46,013 bases of DNA from an uncultured virus (IMG/VR IMGVR_UViG_3300037295_000360). Its lineage: Duplodnaviria; Heunggongvirae; Uroviricota; Caudoviricetes. Position numbers and translations under genes: made by a program. The notes under the pieces are model-generated. The model was given only the letters and a program-made list of their open reading frames with translations, ran no database searches and had not been told where the DNA came from. Shown here one piece after another: positions 18,744 to 27,556 of the stretch. Positions within the stretch are counted from its first letter, which is position 1; the number at the start of each line of letters is the position of its first letter. The stretch is from positions 124,001 to 170,013 of the IMG/VR virus record IMGVR_UViG_3300037295_000360; one strand, given 5' to 3'.

Positions 18744-18787
18744 AAACCCTGAAAACTGTTAATAACTTTTTATTCAGGGTTTTTTTA
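18744..18787 (+). terminator. Intrinsic terminator closing the TROVE-ncRNA unit
   Basis: AAACCCTGAA/TTCAGGGTTT followed by a T-run. Confidence 0.8.
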
Positions 18788-18842
18788 TGTCTATTTTTTT
18801 GATTATATTTACATATAGAAATTAATATAAAACTTAAATATT

Positions 18843-19073
18843 ATGAATAGAGAAACTGCAATTCAAACTACTTTCAATGTTTTAAACACATTAACATCTG
18901 CCATAGCACATCAGATATTTGTTGAAGAATGTGAATGTCAGATCGATATGCTCAATACATATATTTGGAATAAATATGATGTAGGAGGATGGCAATACAT
19001 AAATGGAATCAGCTGTTTCGATATTTTAAAAAATGCATACCTGGACAAGGCACTGAATACTTATATGACATAA
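18843..19073 (+). CDS. Hypothetical protein
   Basis: 76-aa ORF with an A-rich leader. Confidence 0.6.
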   Translation: MNRETAIQTTFNVLNTLTSAIAHQIFVEECECQIDMLNTYIWNKYDVGGWQYINGISCFDILKNAYLDKALNTYMT

Positions 19074-19125
19074 TATTAAACAAAAAACAAAATTAAAATA
19101 TAACATTAAAAAACATAGTAATTTT

Positions 19126-19395
19126 ATGAACATATTAGATGAAGCAAGTGGTATAGTAAATAACCGCAGTGAAGAAGCAGACAGAAACTACGGTCCTTTT
19201 TCAGAAGGAATGGATAGGGCTGCCTTGATTTTTAAAGGTATGACTGGTATTGAAGTTACCGGAGAACATATGTTTAAGGCATTAGTAGCTCTGAAATTTT
19301 CAAGAGAATCATATAATCACAAGCGTGACAATTTATTAGATGCAGTTGCATACATTCAAGGATTAGATAATTATATTAATGAAAAAATAGATTAA
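19126..19395 (+). CDS. DUF6378-like small all-alpha protein (nucleotide-modification associated)
   Basis: ILDEA..IV..R....YG...ALK.SR....H.RDNLLD..AY pattern. Confidence 0.7.
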   Translation: MNILDEASGIVNNRSEEADRNYGPFSEGMDRAALIFKGMTGIEVTGEHMFKALVALKFSRESYNHKRDNLLDAVAYIQGLDNYINEKID

Positions 19396-19396
19396 T

Positions 19397-20494
19397 ATGA
19401 AAATACTATTCACAGGATGTACTGCAAAGCAAACCGACGATAATGCATGGAAAAGAGCAAGGGTAAAAAGAATTGATGACAGTTCTATTATATGTAACTC
19501 TCTAAGGAAACAAGGATATTTAGTAGATAGACGTAAGGTGAAATGGGGTGATGATCTTTCTGAATATGGCTTAGCTATTATTGGAATAGGTCAATTTGGC
19601 TCAAACAATTATTCAGGAGAAATCTTTAACGTAATGTATGCTCTTAAGACTGTAAAAAATGTCATAGTATTTCATGAGGATTGGAAAATAGACGGAACTA
19701 TGAAATCTTGGGAAAAAATGTTAGATCAAGCAGTCTTTGATAAATCAATATCAAAGAAATGGAGTAATGGAAGCTATTTTTACGGAGGAGTAGATAATCC
19801 TTTGTTTAATCCAATCGAAGCAGTTGAAGTTATTAGAGATATTGTTGATGGTAAATTCGAAAATGCATTAATACCCGCATTCGATTGGGGAGATAAAGAA
19901 AAGATTAGAGATATTATTAAGGCAAAAAATATCTACAATCTAGATTTAACACCATATGTCCTTGAGAATTGGAATATAAGTATTAACAATCCTCTTCAAG
20001 CAAAGGAAAGAAAGCATATGCTAGCTTCTATTGTCGATCATAGTCCATGGGTTCGCCGAAATAAATTAAAATGGCCAGTAGATTATTTTGGAGCAAAGAG
20101 TATTAAAACAGCACGGTTGCTTGACACTGAAACAGATGTATTTGAAACATGCGGAAAGTACTGGGGAATTCTTTGTCCTGAATATCCTCATGCTGGTTCA
20201 GGGTGGTTTCGTATAAGATGGATTTATGCTGCAATTCAACGATCAATCCTAATATCATCACCGAAGGATCTAGAGGCACTTGGATTACCCCAGATGAACA
20301 TAGAAACGTTAAGTGATATTCAATTAGAAGAATACGCGCAAACCCAGTCTGACACTATATTATCATATATGTGGAGTAAAGATGATTTTGATAATAGGAT
20401 AGATTTAGTAGTAAGTGATGTTGGAAGCAATTGTCTAACAAAAAATAAACAAAATTACACGCCTCCTATTATTAAACAAAACTCTTTATTTTAA
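19397..20494 (+). CDS. Putative GT-B glycosyltransferase (DNA-modifying, beta-glucosyltransferase-like)
   Basis: MKILFTG Rossmann start, VFHEDW, C-domain GILCPEYPHAGSGWFRIR; flanked by nucleotide-pool genes. Confidence 0.5.
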   Translation: MKILFTGCTAKQTDDNAWKRARVKRIDDSSIICNSLRKQGYLVDRRKVKWGDDLSEYGLAIIGIGQFGSNNYSGEIFNVMYALKTVKNVIVFHEDWKIDGTMKSWEKMLDQAVFDKSISKKWSNGSYFYGGVDNPLFNPIEAVEVIRDIVDGKFENALIPAFDWGDKEKIRDIIKAKNIYNLDLTPYVLENWNISINNPLQAKERKHMLASIVDHSPWVRRNKLKWPVDYFGAKSIKTARLLDTETDVFETCGKYWGILCPEYPHAGSGWFRIRWIYAAIQRSILISSPKDLEALGLPQMNIETLSDIQLEEYAQTQSDTILSYMWSKDDFDNRIDLVVSDVGSNCLTKNKQNYTPPIIKQNSLF

Positions 20495-20507
20495 AATAAA
20501 TTAAACT

Positions 20508-20533
20508 AAAAACCCTGTATACGGGGTTTTTTT
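20508..20533 (+). terminator. Intrinsic terminator
   Basis: AAAAACCCTGTATACGGGGTTTTT followed by T; TGAAAC promoter variant at 20537. Confidence 0.8.
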
Positions 20534-20591
20534 ATGTGAAACAAACAGGCATATTTTAATAAAACTACTATAAACATATAAAAAATTAATT

Positions 20592-21059
20592 ATGGCAAAT
20601 ATTGACAATGAATGCAAAGATTTAGAAGTGAATGACTTCTATTCAAATTCAACAACACACTTAGCTGACATTATGGAAAACCAAAAGAAAATGCAAGAGC
20701 AAACTTATGGTTTTAATTTCGAAGACATGTCTATTAGAGAGGTAATGGATTTTTGGCATGTTAACACTCATGCACTTATTGACGAAGTTCATGAAATGAC
20801 AGATGCACTCGGAGGTATTAAAGACGGTAGCGGCAATGCAGTATGGAAGTACTGGAAAAAAGATTTTAGTAAGTATGAAACTATGAAAGTTTCAGATTTA
20901 TCTGAAGGAGATAAAAAGGAATTATACATGGAATTTGTAGATATAATTCATTTTATGTTTAACTATGCATCCTCAATTGGATTAGATGCAAAGACTACAT
21001 TTAACTACTATTTTGCTAAAGCAGCAGAAAATGTACAACGACAAAAAGATGGCTATTAA
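20592..21059 (+). CDS. Dimeric dUTPase/dCTPase (MazG-like, gp56-type)
   Basis: DEVHE, WKYWKK, EFVDIIHF and C-terminal K..EN..RQ..GY. Confidence 0.85.
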   Translation: MANIDNECKDLEVNDFYSNSTTHLADIMENQKKMQEQTYGFNFEDMSIREVMDFWHVNTHALIDEVHEMTDALGGIKDGSGNAVWKYWKKDFSKYETMKVSDLSEGDKKELYMEFVDIIHFMFNYASSIGLDAKTTFNYYFAKAAENVQRQKDGY

Positions 21060-21136
21060 AGAACAATTAAAGAACAAAATAGTCTAAATAAATAGATATA
21101 TAAAATCCACAATAATAACTTACTAAAATTAAATAG

Positions 21137-22534
21137 ATGATTCTTGACATTGAGCAAAGGGATAAAGACGTTATTATATCGTATTATAATACAGAAGGAG
21201 AAGTAGCGTTTAAACAATATCCCGTAAGTAATTTTCAGAATTGGTATGTATGCGAGGACAAAGATAAAGCAGCCAGTACTCAATTTAAAAATTGGGATGG
21301 TAGATCTGTTAAACTTGGAAATGGAAGACAATATAATAAGTTTTCCATTCTTTATTTTCTAGATAGTCTATCTGAAAAAGATAAGGCAGATCTTACTGCA
21401 TATAATATGCCAAAAACATATTTTGTGGATATTGAAACTGAGATAGTTGATGGTTTTCCAAAGGCAGAAGAGGCTAAAAGTAGAATATTATCATTTTCAA
21501 TAATCACACCTGACCGCAAGGCAATAGTTCTTGGATTAGAAGACATGGCATCTGATAAAATTCAAAAGATTCAAGATGATACTAATGAGTATTTTAAGGA
21601 TTTTGACATGGATTGGGAATTTAAATATCATAAGTTTAATTCTGAATATGATATGGTATATACATTCCTGTTTAAGTTTTTACCTAAATTTCCGATGATG
21701 ACTGGTTGGAATTTTATTAATTATGACTGGCAATATATTACAAACAGATGTAAAAGATTACAGATAGATATTAAAGATATTGGAAGGACAAAATCAGTAG
21801 ATAACAGAGATTCAAGACCTTTACACCTTGGAATTTTAGATTATATGCAATTATATGACAAGTATGATAGAAGTGTAAAAGTAAAGGAATCCAACTCCCT
21901 TGATTATGTTTCTAGTCAAGTCCTTAATGTTAATAAAATCAAGTTCACAGGATCATTGCAAGACCTGTATCGTGACAACTTTGTTAAATACATATATTAT
22001 AATGTAGTCGATTCAGTTTTAGTGTACTATATCGATCAAAAACTAAAGTCAATGGAAGTTCTTTTAACTCTTGCAAATATTACAAATATGCCATTGTATA
22101 AGGCAAGTTCTCCAGTGGCAGTTACTGAAGCAATTATGGCTAGAAAGTTAGCAGAACAAGGAATGCGAATCGGTAGTGAAGAAAAAACAGATAGTAGTAA
22201 AGATACTCAATATGCAGGTGCTTATGTTAAGGAACCTATTTTAGGATATTATGAAGGAGTAAGTGCATTCGATTTTGCTTCGCTATATCCTTCAATAATG
22301 CGTCAGTTTAATATTTCACCAGATGCATATATTGAAAAAATTTACAAGAGTGAAATAGAAGAAAGAAGAAAGGATAAAGGGGTTATTGTATGTGACAATG
22401 GAGTTGTTTATAAAACCGAAGACTCTATTCTTAGAAAAATATTAAGTGATCTATATAATCAACGTAAGGATTACAAAAAAACATCATATACATATTTTAC
22501 ACTCGCAGATAAATTAAAGAAAAGACTTAAATAA
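21137..22534 (+). CDS. gp43: Family B DNA polymerase, N-terminal subunit (exonuclease, motif A)
   Basis: DIET, GWN..NYD, LDYV, YNVVD, YAGAYV and DFASLYPSIM; ends after the first fingers helix (QRKDYKK). Confidence 0.93.
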   Translation: MILDIEQRDKDVIISYYNTEGEVAFKQYPVSNFQNWYVCEDKDKAASTQFKNWDGRSVKLGNGRQYNKFSILYFLDSLSEKDKADLTAYNMPKTYFVDIETEIVDGFPKAEEAKSRILSFSIITPDRKAIVLGLEDMASDKIQKIQDDTNEYFKDFDMDWEFKYHKFNSEYDMVYTFLFKFLPKFPMMTGWNFINYDWQYITNRCKRLQIDIKDIGRTKSVDNRDSRPLHLGILDYMQLYDKYDRSVKVKESNSLDYVSSQVLNVNKIKFTGSLQDLYRDNFVKYIYYNVVDSVLVYYIDQKLKSMEVLLTLANITNMPLYKASSPVAVTEAIMARKLAEQGMRIGSEEKTDSSKDTQYAGAYVKEPILGYYEGVSAFDFASLYPSIMRQFNISPDAYIEKIYKSEIEERRKDKGVIVCDNGVVYKTEDSILRKILSDLYNQRKDYKKTSYTYFTLADKLKKRLK

Positions 22535-22582
22535 TTAAGCATTAAAAACAAAATAAAAAACTAAACAAAATAAAAAATTAAT

Positions 22583-23563
22583 ATGAACAATAATATCTTT
22601 GAAAAAAGAGTAAATATTTTACCTTACGAATATCCAATGTTACTTGCATATAAAGATGCAATTAGACACTCATACTGGATTCACACTGAATTTAATTTCA
22701 CAACAGACATTGATGATTTTAAGAGTAAAATAACAGAAGAGGAAAGAGAAGTTATAAAAAGGTCAATGTTGGCAATAGCGCAAATTGAAGTAAATGTAAA
22801 AACATTTTGGGCTGACCTTTACAAAAGAATGCCAATTACTGAAATTGGAGATGTAGGAATGACGTTTGCGGAATCAGAAGTAAGACATAAAGACGCTTAT
22901 GCACAATTACTCAGAATTTTAGGATTAGAAGAGGAATTTAAAAATGTAGTTGAAATTCCTGCGATTAAAGATAGAATTGCATATCTATCAAAATATCTAG
23001 ATGGTACCAGAAGCAAGGATAATAAAATGTATACTAAATCAGTACTTTTATTTTCACTATTCATAGAGCATGTTAGTTTATTTAGTCAATTTTTAATTAT
23101 GATGTCGTTTAACAAGGAGAAAAACCTCTTCAAAGGTATTTCAAATGTAGTTGAAGCGACAAGCAAGGAGGAAGAAATCCACGGAAATTTCGGTTCAGAA
23201 TTAATTAACATTATTAAGAAAGAAAATCCAGAATGGTTTGATGCAGAATTCGAAGAACTAATAGATTCAGCATGTAAAAAGGCGTATGCATCTGAGGTTA
23301 AAATACTTGATTGGATTTTTGAAAAAGGAGAATTAGATTTTTTATCTAAAGATACAATTAAACAATTTATTCAAAACAGATTTAACAATTCATTAGGAAG
23401 AATTGGAATGAAGCCAGTATTTGATGTAGATTTTAATGAAATAGAAAAAACATTATGGTTTGACATTGAAATTCTATCAACAAAGGAGGGAGACTTCTTT
23501 TACAAAAAAAGTATCGATTATTTTAAGAAATCAAAGTCAATTACTGAAGATGATTTATTCTAG
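22583..23563 (+). CDS. nrdB: Ribonucleotide reductase beta subunit
   Basis: QIEV, ESEVRH..AY, IEHVSLFSQF and EEEIH dimetal ligands; DFF and C-terminal EDDLF. Confidence 0.95.
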   Translation: MNNNIFEKRVNILPYEYPMLLAYKDAIRHSYWIHTEFNFTTDIDDFKSKITEEEREVIKRSMLAIAQIEVNVKTFWADLYKRMPITEIGDVGMTFAESEVRHKDAYAQLLRILGLEEEFKNVVEIPAIKDRIAYLSKYLDGTRSKDNKMYTKSVLLFSLFIEHVSLFSQFLIMMSFNKEKNLFKGISNVVEATSKEEEIHGNFGSELINIIKKENPEWFDAEFEELIDSACKKAYASEVKILDWIFEKGELDFLSKDTIKQFIQNRFNNSLGRIGMKPVFDVDFNEIEKTLWFDIEILSTKEGDFFYKKSIDYFKKSKSITEDDLF

Positions 23564-23579
23564 AAAAAAACAAAACAAC

Positions 23580-24644
23580 ATGAATTACGAAAAGAATTAT
23601 TGGCTTAATGAAGATAGTCGAACATTCCTCTCTCGCGGCTATATTAAGGAAACACCCGAGCAACGAATTAAGGATATATCTAATAATGCAGAAAAGATAC
23701 TAAAAATTGATGGATTTGCAAAGAAGTTTGAGGAGTATATGAACTTAGGTTTTTATAGTTTATCAACACCTGTTTGGATTAATTTCGGAAAAGACAAAGG
23801 TCTTCCTGTTAGCTGTTATGGAAGTAATGTAGATGATAACTTAGATAGTATATTAAATGCAAGTAGAGAAATAGGAATGATGTCAAAATACGGAGGAGGA
23901 ACTTCAGCTTTTTTAGGAAACATCAGAGAAAGAGGAGCTACTATTTCCACAGGAGGAACAGCAGACGGACCTGTTCATTATGCCAGAATGTATGATACAA
24001 CCGTTGATGTATGTAAACAATCAGAGGCAAGAAGAGGTGCATGTGCAGTATGGTTGCCAGTAGAACATAAAGATATCTTAGAATTTTTAGACATTGGAAC
24101 TGATGGAAATCCTATTCAAAATTTACAATACGGAGTCACCGTAACTGATAATTGGATATCAGAAATGAAAGAAGGAGATACTCAAAAACGTAAAATATGG
24201 GCAAAGATTATTCAACGACGTAATGAGTTTGGTTTTCCTTACATTATGTTTAAGGATAATAGTAATAACAATTCCCCTTATAAGGAATTAGGCCTTGACA
24301 TTACTGCCTCAAACTTATGCGTAGCACCTTGGACTGAAGTTAGTGTAAAAGTAAATGGCGTTGAAAAAACGATGCCAATTATAATGTTAGATTGTTTATT
24401 TCAATATAATCTATATACAACACTAGAAGTTAAATCATTTAACATAGAAACTTCTGAGATTGAATATAAAAAAGTGATAGATAGTGCAATGACTTCTAAA
24501 AAAGCAAAAGTTATGAAAATAACAGATGAAGCTACTGGAAAATCAATAACATGTACACTGGATCATAAAGTATATACTTCGAATAGAGGATATATTATGG
24601 CAAAAAATCTAAGAGAAGATGACGTATTAGTTATTAATTCTTAA
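23580..24644 (+). CDS. nrdA: RNR alpha N-fragment fused to N-intein (no ATP cone)
   Basis: STP..INFG, SCY, GGGT, RRGA, GFPYI and SNL|CVAPWTEV. ATG 23580 is preferred to the track start 23460. Confidence 0.93.
   Translation: MNYEKNYWLNEDSRTFLSRGYIKETPEQRIKDISNNAEKILKIDGFAKKFEEYMNLGFYSLSTPVWINFGKDKGLPVSCYGSNVDDNLDSILNASREIGMMSKYGGGTSAFLGNIRERGATISTGGTADGPVHYARMYDTTVDVCKQSEARRGACAVWLPVEHKDILEFLDIGTDGNPIQNLQYGVTVTDNWISEMKEGDTQKRKIWAKIIQRRNEFGFPYIMFKDNSNNNSPYKELGLDITASNLCVAPWTEVSVKVNGVEKTMPIIMLDCLFQYNLYTTLEVKSFNIETSEIEYKKVIDSAMTSKKAKVMKITDEATGKSITCTLDHKVYTSNRGYIMAKNLREDDVLVINS
24318..24641 (+). mobile_element. Split intein N-part (108 aa) in NrdA
   Basis: C1 at 24318; block B ITCTLDHKV; RGY..AKNL...D.L end. 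Confidence 0.92.
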
Positions 24645-24652
24645 AGTTTTAT

Positions 24653-24719
24653 GTTCTGAGATAAAGTTGCAAAATTATTTAAATATATATTAAAATAAAA
24701 GTAACTTTATCTTATGAAC
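24653..24719 (+). promoter_or_regulatory. Start-codon-sequestering hairpin with a late-promoter motif in its loop
   Basis: GTTCTGAGATAAAGTTGC pairs with GTAACTTTATCTTA(T)GAAC over ATG 24714; AATATATA at 24682. Confidence 0.75.
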
Positions 24720-25658
24720 TATGAACGAATATACAATAACTTATGTGAATTATGTAAAACAACTGATGTTAAAGATCGATTAAGTAATAGGAATGCCAAT
24801 GATGAAAGGCTTAGTGCAGACTATATTTATACTGAAAAACATCATATAGTACCTAAGCATATTGGAGGTGATGACTTAGAATCTAATCTAGTTGTTATGT
24901 TACCTGAAGAACACTATATGGCACATTTATTAAGATTTAAAGCTTATAATAATAGAAAAGATTTTCTAGCAATTAGATTCATGGTTAACGGATATGTTTA
25001 TAAGAAAAAAGTATCTAGTGCATTAAGTTCCAAATTAAAGAATAAGTTGGTTGCATCATTCAAACAGAATATATCAATGTTTAGAAAGCAAAATACATGG
25101 CATAGTATTAAAGGTGTAAACAACATATCAGAAGCAAGAAAGGGTACAATGCCTGTTGTAGATTCTGAAACGCTTAAAATGATAGGTTCTGTTGATGTAA
25201 ATCATCCAAATGTTTTATCTGGAAAATGGAGACACCATTCAACTGGTAAGATATCAGTAATATGTAAAACATCAGGTGTTAAGAAATACATAACAGTGAA
25301 TGAATATAGGGATAATTATGACGAATATCATGCAAACATCGGCGACGCTAAAGGTGAAAAGAATTCAAGATTTAGTGGATTTACTGACGAAGAGCTTGTT
25401 AATATTGTATCTGAATTTTCAGTTGAAATGAACTTAGGATTTTTATTACCATATAGAATGGTGTCGACTTACTATAGAAAAATTAAAAAGTATGAAAAAT
25501 TACCAAAATCATTTAGCTCGTTTAGATTTAATGGATTAGGTAGTAAAGAATTACATAGATTAGCATCTGAAAAAACAGGATTAGTTCTTAATGTATATTA
25601 CAATAATAGTCCAAAAATAAGAAAAGAAATTAAAAACAAAAATATAACAATATGTTAA
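24714..25658 (+). CDS. Free-standing HNH homing endonuclease
   Basis: YTEKHHIVPKHIGG.D...NLV....EEHY.AH; lies between the nrdA intein halves. Confidence 0.9.
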   Translation: MNYERIYNNLCELCKTTDVKDRLSNRNANDERLSADYIYTEKHHIVPKHIGGDDLESNLVVMLPEEHYMAHLLRFKAYNNRKDFLAIRFMVNGYVYKKKVSSALSSKLKNKLVASFKQNISMFRKQNTWHSIKGVNNISEARKGTMPVVDSETLKMIGSVDVNHPNVLSGKWRHHSTGKISVICKTSGVKKYITVNEYRDNYDEYHANIGDAKGEKNSRFSGFTDEELVNIVSEFSVEMNLGFLLPYRMVSTYYRKIKKYEKLPKSFSSFRFNGLGSKELHRLASEKTGLVLNVYYNNSPKIRKEIKNKNITIC

Positions 25659-26638
25659 AAATACAATATTTAGAAGAAGAAATACCAGTCTTCGATATTA
25701 CAGTAGAAGATAACCACAACTTCTACGGGGACGATATATTAGTCCACAATTGCAGTGAGATTCAGCTTCCAACTGATTCTTTTAATTCGTTTGTATGTTG
25801 TTTAGGTTCTATTAATCTTTTACATTGGGATGAGATTAAAAAAACAGATGCTATCGAAACATATGTATTGTTCTTAAATGCAGTTATGGATGAATTTATT
25901 AAGAAGTCATTTAAAATGCCAGGTATGTCAAGGGCACATCGATTTGCCGAACAACATAGAGCATTAGGTCTAGGGGTTCTTGGCTATCATTCACTATTCC
26001 AGTCAAAATTAATAACATTTGACTCTTTACAATCAAAGGCATTAAACCATGATATATTTTCAACTTTAAAGGAAAGAAGTGATGGGGCATCCCGATGGTT
26101 ACATGATGAAAAAGGTTATCGATCTTTAAGAGATGGATATGCAAATACAACATTAGTTGCGATTGCACCAACAAAGAGTAGTTCATTTATTTTAGGTCAA
26201 GTTTCAATGGGAATAGAGCCTATTAAATCTAATTATTTTATTAAAGATTTAGCAAAGTCAAAAACAATATACAAAAATCCATTTCTTATTGATGAATTAA
26301 TCAAGTATAACTTAAATACACCTGAAGTATGGGAAGGAATTCTTAAAAGAGATGGAAGTGTTCAGCACTTAGACTTTCCAACAAAGGAAGTTTTTAAATC
26401 TTTTGTTGAAATTACACCAAAAGAAATAGTTTTACAAGCAGCACAGAGACAGAAATTTATAGATCAGTCACAATCATTAAATTTAATGATTCATCCTAGT
26501 GTTCCGGCAAAGGACATTAATAAATTGTATTTATATGCCCATGAAGAGGGAATCAAAACACTTTACTACCAATTTAGTCAAGGCTCAGCTCAATCATTTG
26601 CTAGAGATATTTTAGACTGTGCAAGCTGTGAAGCGTAA
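25652..26638 (+). CDS. nrdA: C-intein (33 aa, 25652-25750) fused to RNR alpha C-fragment
   Basis: VFDITVEDNHNFY...LVHN|CSE, CCLGS, LGLG, IAPT, IDQSQSLN, KTLYY and terminal CASCEA. Confidence 0.95.
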   Translation: MLKIQYLEEEIPVFDITVEDNHNFYGDDILVHNCSEIQLPTDSFNSFVCCLGSINLLHWDEIKKTDAIETYVLFLNAVMDEFIKKSFKMPGMSRAHRFAEQHRALGLGVLGYHSLFQSKLITFDSLQSKALNHDIFSTLKERSDGASRWLHDEKGYRSLRDGYANTTLVAIAPTKSSSFILGQVSMGIEPIKSNYFIKDLAKSKTIYKNPFLIDELIKYNLNTPEVWEGILKRDGSVQHLDFPTKEVFKSFVEITPKEIVLQAAQRQKFIDQSQSLNLMIHPSVPAKDINKLYLYAHEEGIKTLYYQFSQGSAQSFARDILDCASCEA

Positions 26639-26648
26639 AGAAACGGCA

Positions 26649-26727
26649 ACTTGAAACATAGTTGCATTTTAGGACCGGGTTAGTTCACGGAAAGTAAAGC
26701 AGGGAATTCGCTACTCCCTGTTTTTTT
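26649..26727 (+). terminator. Three-hairpin element ending in an intrinsic terminator
   Basis: GCAACT/AGTTGC; CCG..CGG; CAGGGA/TCCCTG followed by T7. Confidence 0.65.
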
Positions 26728-26730
26728 ATG

Positions 26731-26759
26731 TGAAACAAAACGCTAACTATGCTTATAAT
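26731..26759 (+). promoter_or_regulatory. TGAAAC-N17-TATAAT promoter for the clamp/polymerase C-subunit operon
   Basis: Exact consensus. Confidence 0.75.
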
Positions 26760-26789
26760 ACTTAATAATATTATTTATAAATAGACAAC

Positions 26790-27554
26790 ATGAAAATTAG
26801 CATTGAAAAAGTAGATCAAAACAATTTTATTGGTTTTGTTAATCGGTTAAAGGTTATTGATACCTTTATTTATTTTAAAATTAAAGATGGAGTAATTCAG
26901 GCTTCTGCTTATTTACCACAAAGAGATGCAGTAAAGCATCACAGATTGCCAATTGGCCAAGTCTTTCAGTTAGAAGAAGACGCAATAGATAAGGTTAATA
27001 ATACTAAAGAATTAAAAATTGCTTTCTTTGATGCAAACAGGTTAACTGATGCGTTTAAGCAATTTGAATTCGGCAACATACAGGCAGAAATAGAATTTGT
27101 TGAAAATGAGGAAGATTTCGTAGCAACTGAATTTCGTATCTTTAATAATGAATTAGAAATAACGTTATCATGTTCAGAGCCATCTCTTGGATATAAAGAT
27201 CTTACCGATTCTCAAATCACAGCAATTTTTAACATAGATGAAGCTAAATACTCGTTTGATATGGATTACACTGCAACGTCAAAGGTACGTTCATTATTTG
27301 GATTAGACAAAGAAGAAACTTTTACGATTACTACAGGCAAAGGCGGTGTTAGAATGAAAGGTAAGAATTATAATTACTTAGTAACTGAAGAATTTAAAGG
27401 AACCAATACCAAGGACGTAACTTTATTTAAAAAGTATTTAAATCTTTTAGACAAAGAAGATTATACTGCAAACGTATTAGACAATCGTGTTGTACTCCGA
27501 TCAAAGGATTCAGAAACTCTTTTAACAATTGCAACCTGCCAAACAGCTGAATAG
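26790..27554 (+). CDS. gp45: Sliding clamp-like protein (gp45/PCNA fold)
   Basis: 254 aa with two beta-alpha-beta repeats, acidic, directly upstream of the polymerase C-subunit. The call rests mainly on size, pattern and context. Confidence 0.6.
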   Translation: MKISIEKVDQNNFIGFVNRLKVIDTFIYFKIKDGVIQASAYLPQRDAVKHHRLPIGQVFQLEEDAIDKVNNTKELKIAFFDANRLTDAFKQFEFGNIQAEIEFVENEEDFVATEFRIFNNELEITLSCSEPSLGYKDLTDSQITAIFNIDEAKYSFDMDYTATSKVRSLFGLDKEETFTITTGKGGVRMKGKNYNYLVTEEFKGTNTKDVTLFKKYLNLLDKEDYTANVLDNRVVLRSKDSETLLTIATCQTAE

Positions 27555-27556
27555 AT

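Noticed and set aside
18429..18790. tRNA or tmRNA in the gap after the TROVE gene
   Set aside because: No cloverleaf, GTTCRA T-arm with acceptor stem, or CCA end could be built.
23460..23579. Track's extended N-terminus of NrdA (also primase 4108 and ORF 6895)
   Set aside because: These overlap the upstream gene or terminator; downstream ATGs have the typical A-rich leader.
24645..25651. Group I intron in nrdA (likewise uvsX and uvsW)
   Set aside because: The flanks encode clear intein blocks with their own stop and start, and the non-coding space is too short for a ribozyme core.
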